Part shown: positions 1 to 12,896 of the stretch, piece by piece
Numbering within the stretch: position 1 is the first letter of the stretch
Layout: each line of letters starts with the position of its first letter
Source: an uncultured Leptospiraceae bacterium
Lineage (GTDB): Bacteria > Spirochaetota > Leptospiria > Turneriellales > Turneriellaceae
DNA: 64,000 bases
Assembly (NCBI GenBank): GCA_942492915.1
Contig: OW818662.1
Location: 3,693,257-3,757,256, forward strand
Direction of reading: 5' to 3'
Program-made: the position numbers and the translations under genes
The notes under the pieces: model-generated
Databases searched by the model: none
Told to the model about the DNA's origin: nothing
What the model saw: only the letters and a program-made list of their open reading frames with translations

Positions 1-330
1 CAGCGCGATGGCTTCGTCATAGTCGGCCGCAAAGTGCATTTTTTGCTCGAGACCGAGAAAGCGCAGTAGCTGGCGTGTTTCGCCTGAAAGCTGATAGAGC
101 ACCATCTTGCCCGTCTGGTTCGCGAGATGCGCCTGCAGGTCGATGAGTGCGCTGATGCCAGCAGACGAAATATATTCGAGGCAGAGGCAATCGAGAGCGA
201 ACGCGCGGTAGCCGGCTGTGATTTTTTCCTGAAACCAGCCGCGAAAATCAGAAGCGCTCTGCGAATCGAGCGAACCTTCGAGCTCGATGACCAGAACGTC
301 TTTTTCGAGTGCGGTATTAAATTCGAGCAT
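1..330 (-). CDS. STAS-domain anti-sigma-factor antagonist (SpoIIAA-like). Partial: its 3' end runs off the window start.
   Basis: Reverse-strand translation from ATG (revcomp of cat 328-330) reads MLEFNTALEKDVLVIELEGSLDSQSASDFRGWFQEKITAGYRAFALDCLCLEYISSAGISALIDLQAHLANQTGKMVLYQLSGETRQLLRFLGLEQKMHFAADYDEAIAL. This has the typical STAS/SpoIIAA layout with a conserved Ser region. The + ORF 127..639 is the antisense artefact. Confidence 0.6.
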   Translation of the reverse strand, partial: MLEFNTALEKDVLVIELEGSLDSQSASDFRGWFQEKITAGYRAFALDCLCLEYISSAGISALIDLQAHLANQTGKMVLYQLSGETRQLLRFLGLEQKMHFAADYDEAIAL

Positions 331-333
331 GTC

Positions 334-1332
334 TTACGGGTTGGCGACCTGATTCGAACCGTGCGCAGGTTCAATCAGTATCGCATCGAGAATTTCGGTT
401 TGCGGCCTTTGCTGCGGCAGCGCAGGCGGCGGTTGGTTCACGCGTTTTTCAATTTCGTTCAGTTTACCGCTCAGCGCCTGGAAACCATGCGAAACTTCGG
501 TTTTGATGACTTCGTTTTCCCACAGGTACGTGAGCGCGCTCTTCCATTCGCGCTGTATGCCGTTCGCGCGCAGCAAAAAGGCAAAAAGTATAATCGCTGT
601 AACGATAAAGCCGGCCAAAAAGGCGATGGCAAACAGTAACAGGTACTTGTTCAGAATGGCAGTCAGGTAATAATATTCACCGAGCCGGTTCATGATCACG
701 TGCAGCGTCGCATAAGACTTCTCTTTGCGCGTGCGCGGGTCTGTTTCTTTCAGCGCAACGCTGAAATCTGTCGAGTAGTGCACGTCAGCAGCCATGAGCG
801 AATCGACGATGAATGAATTTTTACCGTGAAAGATGCCTTCGGGTTTCTCAAGGTTCTGCTGCTGCACGCTGTTCGCTTCATAAAAGAGCGAAGAATGGTA
901 GAATTCGCTGTTATATTTTGCAGAAACAGCGTTGGCTGCTTCACGCGTCACGGTCGTAACGAGTGAGATATCAGAGTGTGCCAGCACGCGGCCGTCTTTG
1001 CGCAGCACAAAGATTTCTGTTACCGGGCGTTCGCCTTCGAGGTATTGGTTTTTATTCACAATGCCGCCGAAAATCGCGCTGAGCCGCGCGAGCGACTTTT
1101 CGTCGGTGGCTATGGTGCTGGCAGAAAGCGAGAGCGCAATTTCACGCCCGCGCTCTGTATAGCCCATTTCGAGCTGCCGGCCCGTCTCTTTGAGCGAAAT
1201 CAGGCAGAATGCCGTCAGCGCGCCGAGTAACAGCACCTCGATCAGCAAGAACACGCCCAGCGCGAAACTGAACGTGAAGCTGCGGACGCTGACCTTATCG
1301 CCTCGAAGTGCCTGGATGCCCTGCTGACCCAT
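334..1332 (-). CDS. Membrane protein with two TM helices flanking a roughly 200-aa extracytoplasmic domain. Possibly a sensor, and possibly the partner of the downstream STAS protein.
   Basis: 332-aa ORF. N-terminal TM (FTFSFALGVFLLIEVLLLGALTAFCLISL), a hydrophilic central domain, a second TM (YYLTAILNKYLLLFAIAFLAGFIVTAIILFAFLL), then a short Pro/Gln-rich tail. Its stop lies 3 nt upstream of the STAS start. Confidence 0.5.
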   Translation of the reverse strand: MGQQGIQALRGDKVSVRSFTFSFALGVFLLIEVLLLGALTAFCLISLKETGRQLEMGYTERGREIALSLSASTIATDEKSLARLSAIFGGIVNKNQYLEGERPVTEIFVLRKDGRVLAHSDISLVTTVTREAANAVSAKYNSEFYHSSLFYEANSVQQQNLEKPEGIFHGKNSFIVDSLMAADVHYSTDFSVALKETDPRTRKEKSYATLHVIMNRLGEYYYLTAILNKYLLLFAIAFLAGFIVTAIILFAFLLRANGIQREWKSALTYLWENEVIKTEVSHGFQALSGKLNEIEKRVNQPPPALPQQRPQTEILDAILIEPAHGSNQVANP

Positions 1333-1412
1333 ATTTTGTTATCGGCCGTCACGCTGAGCCTTTGCACAAAATTATTTCTCTGTCAGCCGCCGGTTTGCAC
1401 CGAAAATAACAC

Positions 1413-4076
1413 ATGGCTGCCAGCGCCGAAGTATCGGCTTTTATTGAAGACTTGAACGAAAACCTGGCCGCGATTGAGCAGGCGCTCGCGCTGCTCGAAG
1501 ACACGCCCGACAGCACCGAGCAACTGCACGAAGTTTTTCGCGCCGCGCATACCATTAAAGGTAATGCTGCGATGATGAACCTGACGAACCTCGTCGCCCT
1601 GGGTCACGCTGTCGAAACCGCCCTTCAAGAGGTTCTTGCGGGCACGGTACCCGTGACCCGCGACGCGCTGAGCCTGTTCAGCGAATGCCACGCTGCGATG
1701 CAGACGATCGGCAATGCGTTGAAGCGGGGCGATGATCCCGCGAATGTTGCCATACGTCCGCTCACCGACAGAATTCAGGTCTTGCTGCTCGAAGCGGGCC
1801 GGCCCGGCGCTGTGCAGGTGCTCGCAGAAACGGAGCGTGAACTTACTGTCACGCTGCATATTTCGCGTGCTGAGCTCGCTCCTTCTGTTCGCGCCTTTCT
1901 CGCCGAAACCCGCCTCGCCGAATTCGGCACCATTGTGCGCAAAGAGCCTGTGGATGAAGTACTGGAATCGCCGCAGTTCGCCGCGTCAGACCGGCAGCTG
2001 CTGTTTGTGCTGCGGACAGCCGCTGATACCGCAGAAATTCAGGATAATCTGAACATCGATCTTATTGAAAACGTCGCGATCGTCGAAGGTGCGACGACCG
2101 CCGCCGCCGCACAGGCGCAGGCTCGCACCGCAATAGCGGCCGCGAAGAATGCGGACGTACCTGCAGAGATCAGCGCCCCGCAAAGCGATACCGTGCGTCT
2201 TTCGGTACGTACGCTCGACCAATTGCTCAACCTGACGGGCGAGCTCGTGATTACGAACAGCGGTCTGCAGCATTTGGCCGACGAGTTTTCTGTTTCGCAT
2301 TTGCCTGCCGACGATTCTTTGAAACTCACGGAGAAAAGTCGTGAGATCTTTCGCGTTGCCGCAGAAATTCAGGCGATTGTCATGAAGGCGCGTATGCTGC
2401 CCATTGAACATGTGTTTTCACGTTTCAAACGTTTCGTACGCGACTATGCGGACAAGTCGGGCAAGGCGATACGCCTCGATATTGCGGGTGCAGAAACCGA
2501 GCTTGATAAACGTGTCATCGACGAAATGGTGAAGCCGCTGACTCACCTGATACGCAATTCCCTCGACCACGGCGTCGAGTCGCCCGAAGAGCGTATCGCC
2601 CAGGGAAAGACCGCCGAAGCAACTCTGCGCATCGCCGCGATGCAATCGGGAAGCAGCATTTTGATTTCGGTCGAAGACGACGGCCGCGGACTCAGCCGAA
2701 ATAAAATAATCGAACGGGCGATCGCTAAAAATCTGATTGCGGCTGAACGCGCCGACCAACTGACCGAAGCCGAAGTGCATGAATTCATATTTATGCCCGG
2801 TTTTTCAACCAAAGAGGCGGCCGACGACATATCGGGTCGGGGTTTTGGTATGGACATTGTGCGCGATTCGATTCGCAAACTATCCGGTGATCTGCAGATC
2901 CATTCTGTCGAAGGGCAGGGTACGCGTATGGTTGTCAAGTTGCCGCTTACGCTGGCGATTCTGACTGCGCTCACGTTCAAGGTGCGTAACGACGTTTTTG
3001 CCGCACCACTCAGCGCCATTGAAGAGAGCCTGCGCTTGCCGGCAGGGAGCGTCGTGCGCGTGCAGGGTCGTGAAATGCTGCATGTGCGCGACCAGATGAT
3101 ACCTTTCATTCGTCTCGACCGGGCACTCGGGTATCCGCCTATCGAAGAGACAGAGGCTTTTGTGCATGTGATTCTGGCCGAAGTCAACCGCCACAAAGTA
3201 GCCATCAGCATTGATGAGTTTCTCAAGAAACAAGAGCTTGTGGTGAAGTCATTGGGCGAAAACTACCGTCAGGTTCCAGGTTTGGCGGGTGCTTCAATGC
3301 TCGGCGACAACGACATCATCTTCATCGTCGATCTCGAAGAAATTGTACAAATGCACAGGCAGCGCGGGCAAACAGTCTCGCGAGATAGCCGGGAAAACAG
3401 CCGCTTAGCAAATAATGATCGCCAAAGCGTGGCAGAATCAGAAACGATTGGCGAGTTTAATGACCTCGCAGATGTAGAGGCTACCTCAAGTGAGCAACAC
3501 CCGATGACACCAATCATTGACATCAACGACAAAGAATTTGTGCGTAAGTGGATTGCGCAAAGTAACAAGACCGCAGTCCAGGGCATTCAAATGCTCACGG
3601 GCATCAGCACTATTTCAGTCAAAAAAAGCAAGGGTTCGAGACTCAAGGCTGAGAAGTCCCACGAGGCAACGCGCAAGATTCTCGATCGTATTGATGACAT
3701 CATATTGATTCACCTGCCGATGCTGCCCGCAGCCGGAGCCATCGATCTGGTGCTTGAACGAAACGCCGCGGAGAAAATGTCAAAAATTCTGTTTCAGGCC
3801 GCCGGTATTGCATATGAGGGTGAGTTCGACCCGAGCCCGCTTCTCGAAATCACCAATATTCTCGGCAGTGCATACACCAATACGCTCACGTTCTTGACCG
3901 AAAAATCTGTCGAACCTGCGACGCCATCGCTCATGTCTACACCTGGCGCGATTCGCGCGCTGATCGACGAACGCCTCGCCTCGCCCCGCTCAGAGCTGCT
4001 TGTGATTGAGAACCAGTTCAGAATTGGCGACGAAGATATTGAGATCGGGCTGATGATTTATCTGACGGGCAACTAA
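1413..4076 (+). CDS. cheA: Chemotaxis histidine kinase CheA with an extra C-terminal CheC/CheX-like domain.
   Basis: Hpt motif HTIKGNAAMMNL. Dimerisation segment. HATPase motifs (NSLDHGVE, DDGRGL, GFSTKE, GRGFGMD). CheW-like P5 (DVFAAPLSAIEE...IIFIVDLEEI). An approximately 250-aa tail containing EITNILGSAYTNTLTFL, which matches the CheC-type E-x2-N-I-x-G-x-A signature. Confidence 0.9.
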   Translation: MAASAEVSAFIEDLNENLAAIEQALALLEDTPDSTEQLHEVFRAAHTIKGNAAMMNLTNLVALGHAVETALQEVLAGTVPVTRDALSLFSECHAAMQTIGNALKRGDDPANVAIRPLTDRIQVLLLEAGRPGAVQVLAETERELTVTLHISRAELAPSVRAFLAETRLAEFGTIVRKEPVDEVLESPQFAASDRQLLFVLRTAADTAEIQDNLNIDLIENVAIVEGATTAAAAQAQARTAIAAAKNADVPAEISAPQSDTVRLSVRTLDQLLNLTGELVITNSGLQHLADEFSVSHLPADDSLKLTEKSREIFRVAAEIQAIVMKARMLPIEHVFSRFKRFVRDYADKSGKAIRLDIAGAETELDKRVIDEMVKPLTHLIRNSLDHGVESPEERIAQGKTAEATLRIAAMQSGSSILISVEDDGRGLSRNKIIERAIAKNLIAAERADQLTEAEVHEFIFMPGFSTKEAADDISGRGFGMDIVRDSIRKLSGDLQIHSVEGQGTRMVVKLPLTLAILTALTFKVRNDVFAAPLSAIEESLRLPAGSVVRVQGREMLHVRDQMIPFIRLDRALGYPPIEETEAFVHVILAEVNRHKVAISIDEFLKKQELVVKSLGENYRQVPGLAGASMLGDNDIIFIVDLEEIVQMHRQRGQTVSRDSRENSRLANNDRQSVAESETIGEFNDLADVEATSSEQHPMTPIIDINDKEFVRKWIAQSNKTAVQGIQMLTGISTISVKKSKGSRLKAEKSHEATRKILDRIDDIILIHLPMLPAAGAIDLVLERNAAEKMSKILFQAAGIAYEGEFDPSPLLEITNILGSAYTNTLTFLTEKSVEPATPSLMSTPGAIRALIDERLASPRSELLVIENQFRIGDEDIEIGLMIYLTGN

Positions 4077-4099
4077 CAGGTTCCTGAAAAAGGAGCCTG

Positions 4100-7459
<3,360 letters not shown>

Positions 7460-7575
7460 GCGTCATAACGCGCCCTCGACACAGGCGGTCAAAGAGTGTG
7501 GAACTTTTAATCTGCCTCATGGGTCTGCGTCGTACTATGGCGGCGTTTGTACTTTACAGGCCCGTTGGGTAAGGG

Positions 7576-8388
7576 GTGGTCACAGCAACTGTGTCCGTAC
7601 CCGCGCAAATGGCTTCGACGCATCGCAATCCTCATCGTTTTTTGTACTGTCTTTTGGCCGCGCTGCCAGTCTTGGGTGTGCCGGAGAGCATTTCAGCCTT
7701 TGCCACTTCGGCGCGCCCGCACCTGTTTTTTGTCGAAGGCGCGCTGGGCGGCGGCTGGAACTCGGCGTTTGACCGGGAACGCGATATCGTCAACGAAGCC
7801 GGGCCGTTCTATTGGCCTTACGCGGGTAATCGCTACCGTTACCGCCCGTCAGATCTGGTGTTGACGTGGGGGTTTGGCTATGAATTTCTGCTGAACCATT
7901 GGGCGGGTTTCAGGGCAGCGTATTCGTATACGTCATATCTGAACCACTGGACCGCGCGCACGGGCTCGGGCCGTTACAGCCGCAGCTCGACGGTCGGCAG
8001 CCAGGTCGCAGAAACCGACGGCTATTTTGTTGGCCCCGTGTTTCGCTGGCAACCATTTGACTGGCCGATACTTCTTGAGCTACCGATTCTCTGGGGCATG
8101 CACTCCGGCAGCTATTACCCCTTACCGGCCTACACCGAGTTTCGCGAACTGAGCGGTGTGCTGCCGCAGCTCGCCGACGAATACCGCGACCAGCCGCTCA
8201 AACTATCTAAATGGCGCTACGGTGTCGGTGTCGCGTTCATGCAAGAAGGATTTCCCCTGTACGCAAGTATGCAGTTCTTGATGGAATCTGCAGTCACCCT
8301 CACGACAGTCGGGCCTGGCGACATGCTGCCCGCAGGTTCAGCCTGGCAGGCATTTATTGTGACAATTGCAGTCGGCTGGCGAATCTAG
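7576..8388 (+). CDS. Hypothetical aromatic-rich protein (possible beta-barrel or membrane-associated). A weak gene call.
   Basis: It is the only long ORF in the 7.5-8.4 kb gap. Signal-like N-terminal region (FLYCLLAALPVLGVPESISAFA). W/Y/F/R-rich alternating pattern. No recognisable domain. Confidence 0.3.
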   Translation: MVTATVSVPAQMASTHRNPHRFLYCLLAALPVLGVPESISAFATSARPHLFFVEGALGGGWNSAFDRERDIVNEAGPFYWPYAGNRYRYRPSDLVLTWGFGYEFLLNHWAGFRAAYSYTSYLNHWTARTGSGRYSRSSTVGSQVAETDGYFVGPVFRWQPFDWPILLELPILWGMHSGSYYPLPAYTEFRELSGVLPQLADEYRDQPLKLSKWRYGVGVAFMQEGFPLYASMQFLMESAVTLTTVGPGDMLPAGSAWQAFIVTIAVGWRI

Positions 8389-8630
8389 AAAATAAGAAGT
8401 TGCTCGTTAACAACTTGGCGCGCACGCGTGCAAAAGCATAGACGATCATGGCCGTCAGCGCAAGTTCTGGGACGATGATATAGACGGCAACATGCCCCCG
8501 CATTAAGTTACACCGAGGGTGATATTTTTATGCCAGCAGACCGACCTCGTCTGAGATTACAAGTACGATCTGGATAGAAAGGCCGACCGGCGGGGTCGCT
8601 GAGAAAATTCGCACTTTACACGACGATCTT

Positions 8631-9482
8631 TTGCCGCAAAACGTGGCAATGCGAAAAGTGGGCTTCGTGGTCGCGCTTCCCTTCTGGTTCACGGCATGCC
8701 AGATGCAGAGCTGGGGAAATTTTAGTGAGGTAGAAGCTGGCAACACCACCACAAGCTGCTCCGGCCCCATCGCAGGCATTACGATTACATCGGGTGGCAG
8801 CAATTTCACCGCGCTGCCGACAATTACCGCTGTCGGCTCGGGCTCTGGTGCGACATTTGCACCCCTGCTTACCGCCACTACCGTCGCAAGCCTTACGTTA
8901 ACCGCAGGTGGAACAGGCTTTGGCGGGCCCGTATTTGGCGGCTCAGTGGATATCACGGGTGGCGGCGGAGCAGGCGCAACGGCAAATGCAACCGCGAACT
9001 ACCAAATCATTTCGTACACCGTAAATGCACCAGGATCGGGTTATCAAGACGGCGGGCCCTATCCGGTTCCAGTTACTGGCACTGGTACGCTGGCACAGGC
9101 AAACATTACGGTCACAGGCGGAGGAATAAGTTTAGCAAATGTCTTAATGGCCGGTAGCGGTTATACTGGGGTGCCAACACTTAACCTCGCCGCGATTCCA
9201 CCTGGAACTGGTACCGGGGGTATGGTAACGCCAACTCTAGGTAACGGAAGCATTACATCATTAACCCTCGGTGCACCCGGCGGCGGCTACACGTTTCCAC
9301 CGGCAGTGGCTATCACAGGCGGCACGGGCGCAACCGCGACCGCCAATTTAACCCCGACCAGTCTTGCTTCAGCCTCCGTGACTTCGGGCGGCGTTGGTTA
9401 CGGAAAAGATACAGCCGTCAGCATTACAGGTGGCGGGGGCACGGGCGCAACGGCGACCGTGCAGATTCAGGGTTGTCCCTGA
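8631..9482 (+). CDS. Repeat-containing Gly/Thr-rich lipoprotein.
   Basis: Probable start MRKVGFVVALPFWFTAC (lipobox Cys). Four degenerate repeats of about 35-45 aa of the form ...[SG]G[YG]GY...P...ITGG[TG]GATATAN... Low-complexity surface-protein-like composition. Confidence 0.6.
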   Translation: MPQNVAMRKVGFVVALPFWFTACQMQSWGNFSEVEAGNTTTSCSGPIAGITITSGGSNFTALPTITAVGSGSGATFAPLLTATTVASLTLTAGGTGFGGPVFGGSVDITGGGGAGATANATANYQIISYTVNAPGSGYQDGGPYPVPVTGTGTLAQANITVTGGGISLANVLMAGSGYTGVPTLNLAAIPPGTGTGGMVTPTLGNGSITSLTLGAPGGGYTFPPAVAITGGTGATATANLTPTSLASASVTSGGVGYGKDTAVSITGGGGTGATATVQIQGCP

Positions 9483-9641
9483 GAATTTAGAATTTAAGAA
9501 ATTACTCCCCGCTTGTAGCAGAGGGAGACAGAATCTCTCAGACGCAAAGCCTGGTTTCAGGGGGACAGAATGGCTCATTTGCTAGAGCTTAGTCTGCCCT
9601 GATGCTTGACTGTATCAAGCCCCTAGATCCATTCTTGTTTC

Positions 9642-10418
9642 TTATTTCAGAAATTCTCCGAATACCCAACCATCCAGCTCAGCAGAGACAGCCTTCTCAG
9701 GGTGAACGGAAAGTACTTTGATATAGTACCAATAGTTAGACCACTTCTGAACCTTATCCTTTTCTCTTGTTCTAGCAAACACCTGAATCTGTGTCCCTTT
9801 TGATAAATTGGAGCGTTTAATACCTCCCTCACCATCCCATTCTAGTAATTCTCCGTTGATAGAAGGGCCTTTTCGCACCTTAAGTGTGCTGGTAACTTTC
9901 ATTTTCTTGACATGAACAACAACAGGAATTGTACCGATATTTCTGGGAGCACCATTCGGAACTTTGGCTGATACGTTAAAAATTTCAAAGGAATCAGGTG
10001 AACAATGCAATTTCTCAGCATAGTCTAAGGAATCAGCAACTGGTTGCAATTTGCAGGTAAAACTCTCAGGCAAATGTACACCGCCGTCGCCGGCCTTGTA
10101 CACTATGTCGGAAATCTGAAGTTGCCCATCCTTTACCAAATAGGACCCGGTTAATGACCCTGATGCCTCGAAACCATGCCAAAAAAACTCAACACTCTTG
10201 TTCTTTGAAAACGTGATTCTTTCGAATTTGCTGCCCTCGAAATCCTTATACTTTTCAGCATACCAGCGGCTTTTTATCAATTTGTCTGCAGTTAGTTTCA
10301 AGTCATTTGCATACATTCCCGGATTATGAAATAACACCAAGAAAAGCAAACCAACAACCAGGTATCTCTTCTCGTACTTTGAAATGCTATCTTGAACAGG
10401 TAGAAACTTACTCATCAT
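9642..10418 (-). CDS. Secreted hypothetical protein with a C-terminal SH3b-like segment, on a low-GC islet.
   Basis: Signal peptide MMSKFLPVQDSISKYEKRYLVVGLLFLVLFHNPGMYA. C-terminus KWSNYWYYIKVLSVHPEKAVSAELDGWVFGEFLK. GC drops visibly to about 40-45% versus about 57% in the flanks. Confidence 0.6.
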   Translation of the reverse strand: MMSKFLPVQDSISKYEKRYLVVGLLFLVLFHNPGMYANDLKLTADKLIKSRWYAEKYKDFEGSKFERITFSKNKSVEFFWHGFEASGSLTGSYLVKDGQLQISDIVYKAGDGGVHLPESFTCKLQPVADSLDYAEKLHCSPDSFEIFNVSAKVPNGAPRNIGTIPVVVHVKKMKVTSTLKVRKGPSINGELLEWDGEGGIKRSNLSKGTQIQVFARTREKDKVQKWSNYWYYIKVLSVHPEKAVSAELDGWVFGEFLK

Positions 10419-10732
10419 GTGCAGTGACGTCGCGCGGCGTCTTTCGGGCGTAAAGCCAGTTTTTAGACGGTACAAAATGATACGTTACTTGTGGTGCGAG
10501 CGTCTTCGCTCTCTGTCTTCAGAGCGTAGTCAAACCACCTGTGGTGAGAGTAGTCGAACCATGGGAAGTCAGGGCCTTAAAGAGATAGATTTGCGCCTGG
10601 CGACCCTAACGGTTGCGGGCCTTAACCTGACGAGATGCAGATCACTTGCCCCGGGAAATAGTTGCTCGCCAAAATGCCCGAAAGTTGAACATTGGTTCAC
10701 CGTCGGGCTCTACGCTCGAACGGCGGAGAGCA

Positions 10733-11905
10733 ATGAATGACCTCGATTTGATGACTGAAATAGAGAAACTGGCGCACGTACTCAAGGTAACCCCCGACAA
10801 ACTGCAGTTCTTGCGCACGCTGTCGCTCGACGATTTTCGCCACCTGAACAATTCCATTTCAGATCGTTTGCTCACTGACAGCTCAGATGTGTGGGCGCGC
10901 CTGGCGGGCGTCGCCAAGTTCATGCCGAATTTCATCAATGCGCAGGTCGCGAAATCTCTGCTTGGGCCGAATATCACGGCGAACCTGACGTACCACGTCG
11001 ACGTCAAGCAGGCGGTCGCGATCGCAAAGAGTCTCAATATCGAGTTTCTGGCGCAGGTGGCAGAGAACCTAGTGCCCGCGCGCGCAATCCACATCATTCA
11101 GGCGTTTCCGATGGATGTCATGGTGGGGCTGACGCGCATTCTGACGCGCGACAGAAAATATTTTACCATGGGCGCTTTCGTCGACCACATGGACAAAGAT
11201 AAGGTACTCGCGCTGTCGAAAGAGATTCCCGACACCGAGTCATTGCTGCGCGTCGCTCTCTATACGCAGAACAAGGCGCACGTCGCGTCGCTGACTGACG
11301 GCTATTCAGACGAAAAGATCGTCGATATGGTCGAGACCGCGCAGCGCAAAGACCTGTGGCCTTCGGTGATTGGCCTGCTCGCCTACTTCAACGAAGACCA
11401 GCATAAGCGGCTCGCCCGGCTCGTCGGCCAGGTCTCGGTCGATGCGCTGCTCGGCATGGTACCGTTCGCGATCGAACACGGCGCGCTCGTGCACATATTC
11501 GCTTTTTTGAAGCACCTGAGCAACGACATGTACGCGCACATGGCAACGATCTGCGCGAAACTCGACTCAGAAGCTCTCGCGAAACTGATTCATGCTGCAG
11601 AAGAATCGGGCCAGCTGCCGACTGCACTCAAAATCGCTGACCATTTGGCCGAGCGTGATGTCGAACGTCTTGCGGCTATGTCGCACCGTTTCGACGACGA
11701 ATTGCTGAAGCGTGTGATCTTAACTGCGCACGCGGAGAATCTGATTCCCTTCGGGCTGCGCCTGCTCGCGCTCTTGCCTGAGACCGAGATACCCCGGGCA
11801 GAGCGTATTGCGGGTGCGCTCGACAGAAAGGTCATAAGCGACGCTCAGGCACAGATCGACCAGGCGATGATGAAAGAGCGGCTGGGTTGGTTGAAGAAGC
11901 TTTAG
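10733..11905 (+). CDS. Hypothetical all-alpha cytoplasmic protein.
   Basis: About 390 aa from MNDLDLMTEIEKLAHVLK. No recognisable catalytic motif. Codon usage is consistent with the host. Confidence 0.5.
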   Translation: MNDLDLMTEIEKLAHVLKVTPDKLQFLRTLSLDDFRHLNNSISDRLLTDSSDVWARLAGVAKFMPNFINAQVAKSLLGPNITANLTYHVDVKQAVAIAKSLNIEFLAQVAENLVPARAIHIIQAFPMDVMVGLTRILTRDRKYFTMGAFVDHMDKDKVLALSKEIPDTESLLRVALYTQNKAHVASLTDGYSDEKIVDMVETAQRKDLWPSVIGLLAYFNEDQHKRLARLVGQVSVDALLGMVPFAIEHGALVHIFAFLKHLSNDMYAHMATICAKLDSEALAKLIHAAEESGQLPTALKIADHLAERDVERLAAMSHRFDDELLKRVILTAHAENLIPFGLRLLALLPETEIPRAERIAGALDRKVISDAQAQIDQAMMKERLGWLKKL

Positions 11906-11972
11906 GGGGCCCGTTGAAATGCCATCCTGATTCTTATTGACCGGCAGTGTTTCAGCCGCAGTTTCTGCGCGT

Positions 11973-12884
11973 ATGAAACTCTTTCGTCTGTTTATACCCG
12001 CAGTGGTATTTCTGTCTTTTGGGCCGGCGACCATAGCGCAGTCCGAAACAGCGAAGCCGGCAGCGAAAGAGCAGAAGGTCTTTTCACTCAATATCAATTC
12101 CCCAGCCGACGCTGCATTCACCGAAATCGAGTTTTCCGATATCGATCTGTCGCAGGCTACCGATGCCGAAAAGATTTCGGGTGCGCGCGTCCAGGTTGTG
12201 CGTACGAAAGAGAAAGTTTTTCGCGAGTATTTGGCCGCTGAAGTGCAGTTCTTTCGCGTGCGTTCGATACACAAGACGGGCGTCGCGGGCGCTTACAGCA
12301 GAACCTTTGCCGTGAAAGACTATCTGCGCAAGGCGTACCGCGAACCGAAGCTGCCCCTCGTGCAAGAAGGGCAGACCGAATATTTGCTCGGCAGTCGCAT
12401 TGAACTGCCGACGCAGCCGAACCTGGTGACGAAGTACAAAATCGGTGAGGGCGAGTTCATCGAATACCGCGAGCCGCTCGTCTTCGACAAGCCCGACACC
12501 TACAAGATGCAGGTCAATCTCGAGAATAAGGCGAATGAAGTGGTGTTCACAAAAAACTATGTCTTTAAGGTCGAGTTGAATGCGCCGAAGACGCGTATGG
12601 TCGTCGACAACCCCGTGCATTCGAAACGCGGCATTACGATCGGCAAAGACAGCTCGGTGGTGTTTCTTGTCGACGATGCGGAGTCAGGCCGCGCCAAAAC
12701 CTTCTACCGTATTATACCTTTCGGCAAAGACATGACCGCGATTCCGTTTGCCGAATACGGTAAAAGGCTCACCCCCGCTGATTTCAGCGCAGGCAAGGGC
12801 CTGAATATGCTGCAGTTTTATTCGACCGACAAGGCCGGCAATAAAGAAGAGATCAAGACCGAAATGGTCTATTCAGAAGAATAA
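11973..12884 (+). CDS. Secreted hypothetical protein.
   Basis: Signal peptide MKLFRLFIPAVVFLSFGPATIAQSE. Beta-rich composition. Confidence 0.5.
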   Translation: MKLFRLFIPAVVFLSFGPATIAQSETAKPAAKEQKVFSLNINSPADAAFTEIEFSDIDLSQATDAEKISGARVQVVRTKEKVFREYLAAEVQFFRVRSIHKTGVAGAYSRTFAVKDYLRKAYREPKLPLVQEGQTEYLLGSRIELPTQPNLVTKYKIGEGEFIEYREPLVFDKPDTYKMQVNLENKANEVVFTKNYVFKVELNAPKTRMVVDNPVHSKRGITIGKDSSVVFLVDDAESGRAKTFYRIIPFGKDMTAIPFAEYGKRLTPADFSAGKGLNMLQFYSTDKAGNKEEIKTEMVYSEE

Positions 12885-12896
12885 ACATTCAACCTG

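Noticed and set aside
127-639. Track ORF 127..639 (+).
   Set aside because: Antisense to the STAS gene and the membrane-protein gene. The minus-strand translations carry recognisable domains.
8270-8388. A K+-channel-like selectivity-filter look-alike (ESAVTLTTVGPGDMLPAGSAWQAFIVTIAVGW) at the C-terminus of the 7576..8388 ORF.
   Set aside because: The signature has Pro where the obligatory Tyr/Phe of T-V-G-Y/F-G should be. There is no preceding TM1 or pore helix context. The ORF terminates before a full inner helix. Treated as coincidence, possibly a decayed remnant.
10419-10732. A 310-bp spacer examined for a tRNA/tmRNA/RNase P RNA that could mark an integration site for the low-GC islet.
   Set aside because: I could not identify a cloverleaf (no GTTCGAATC-type T-arm with matching acceptor stem) or conserved ncRNA boxes by eye. 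Left as an unexplained long spacer.
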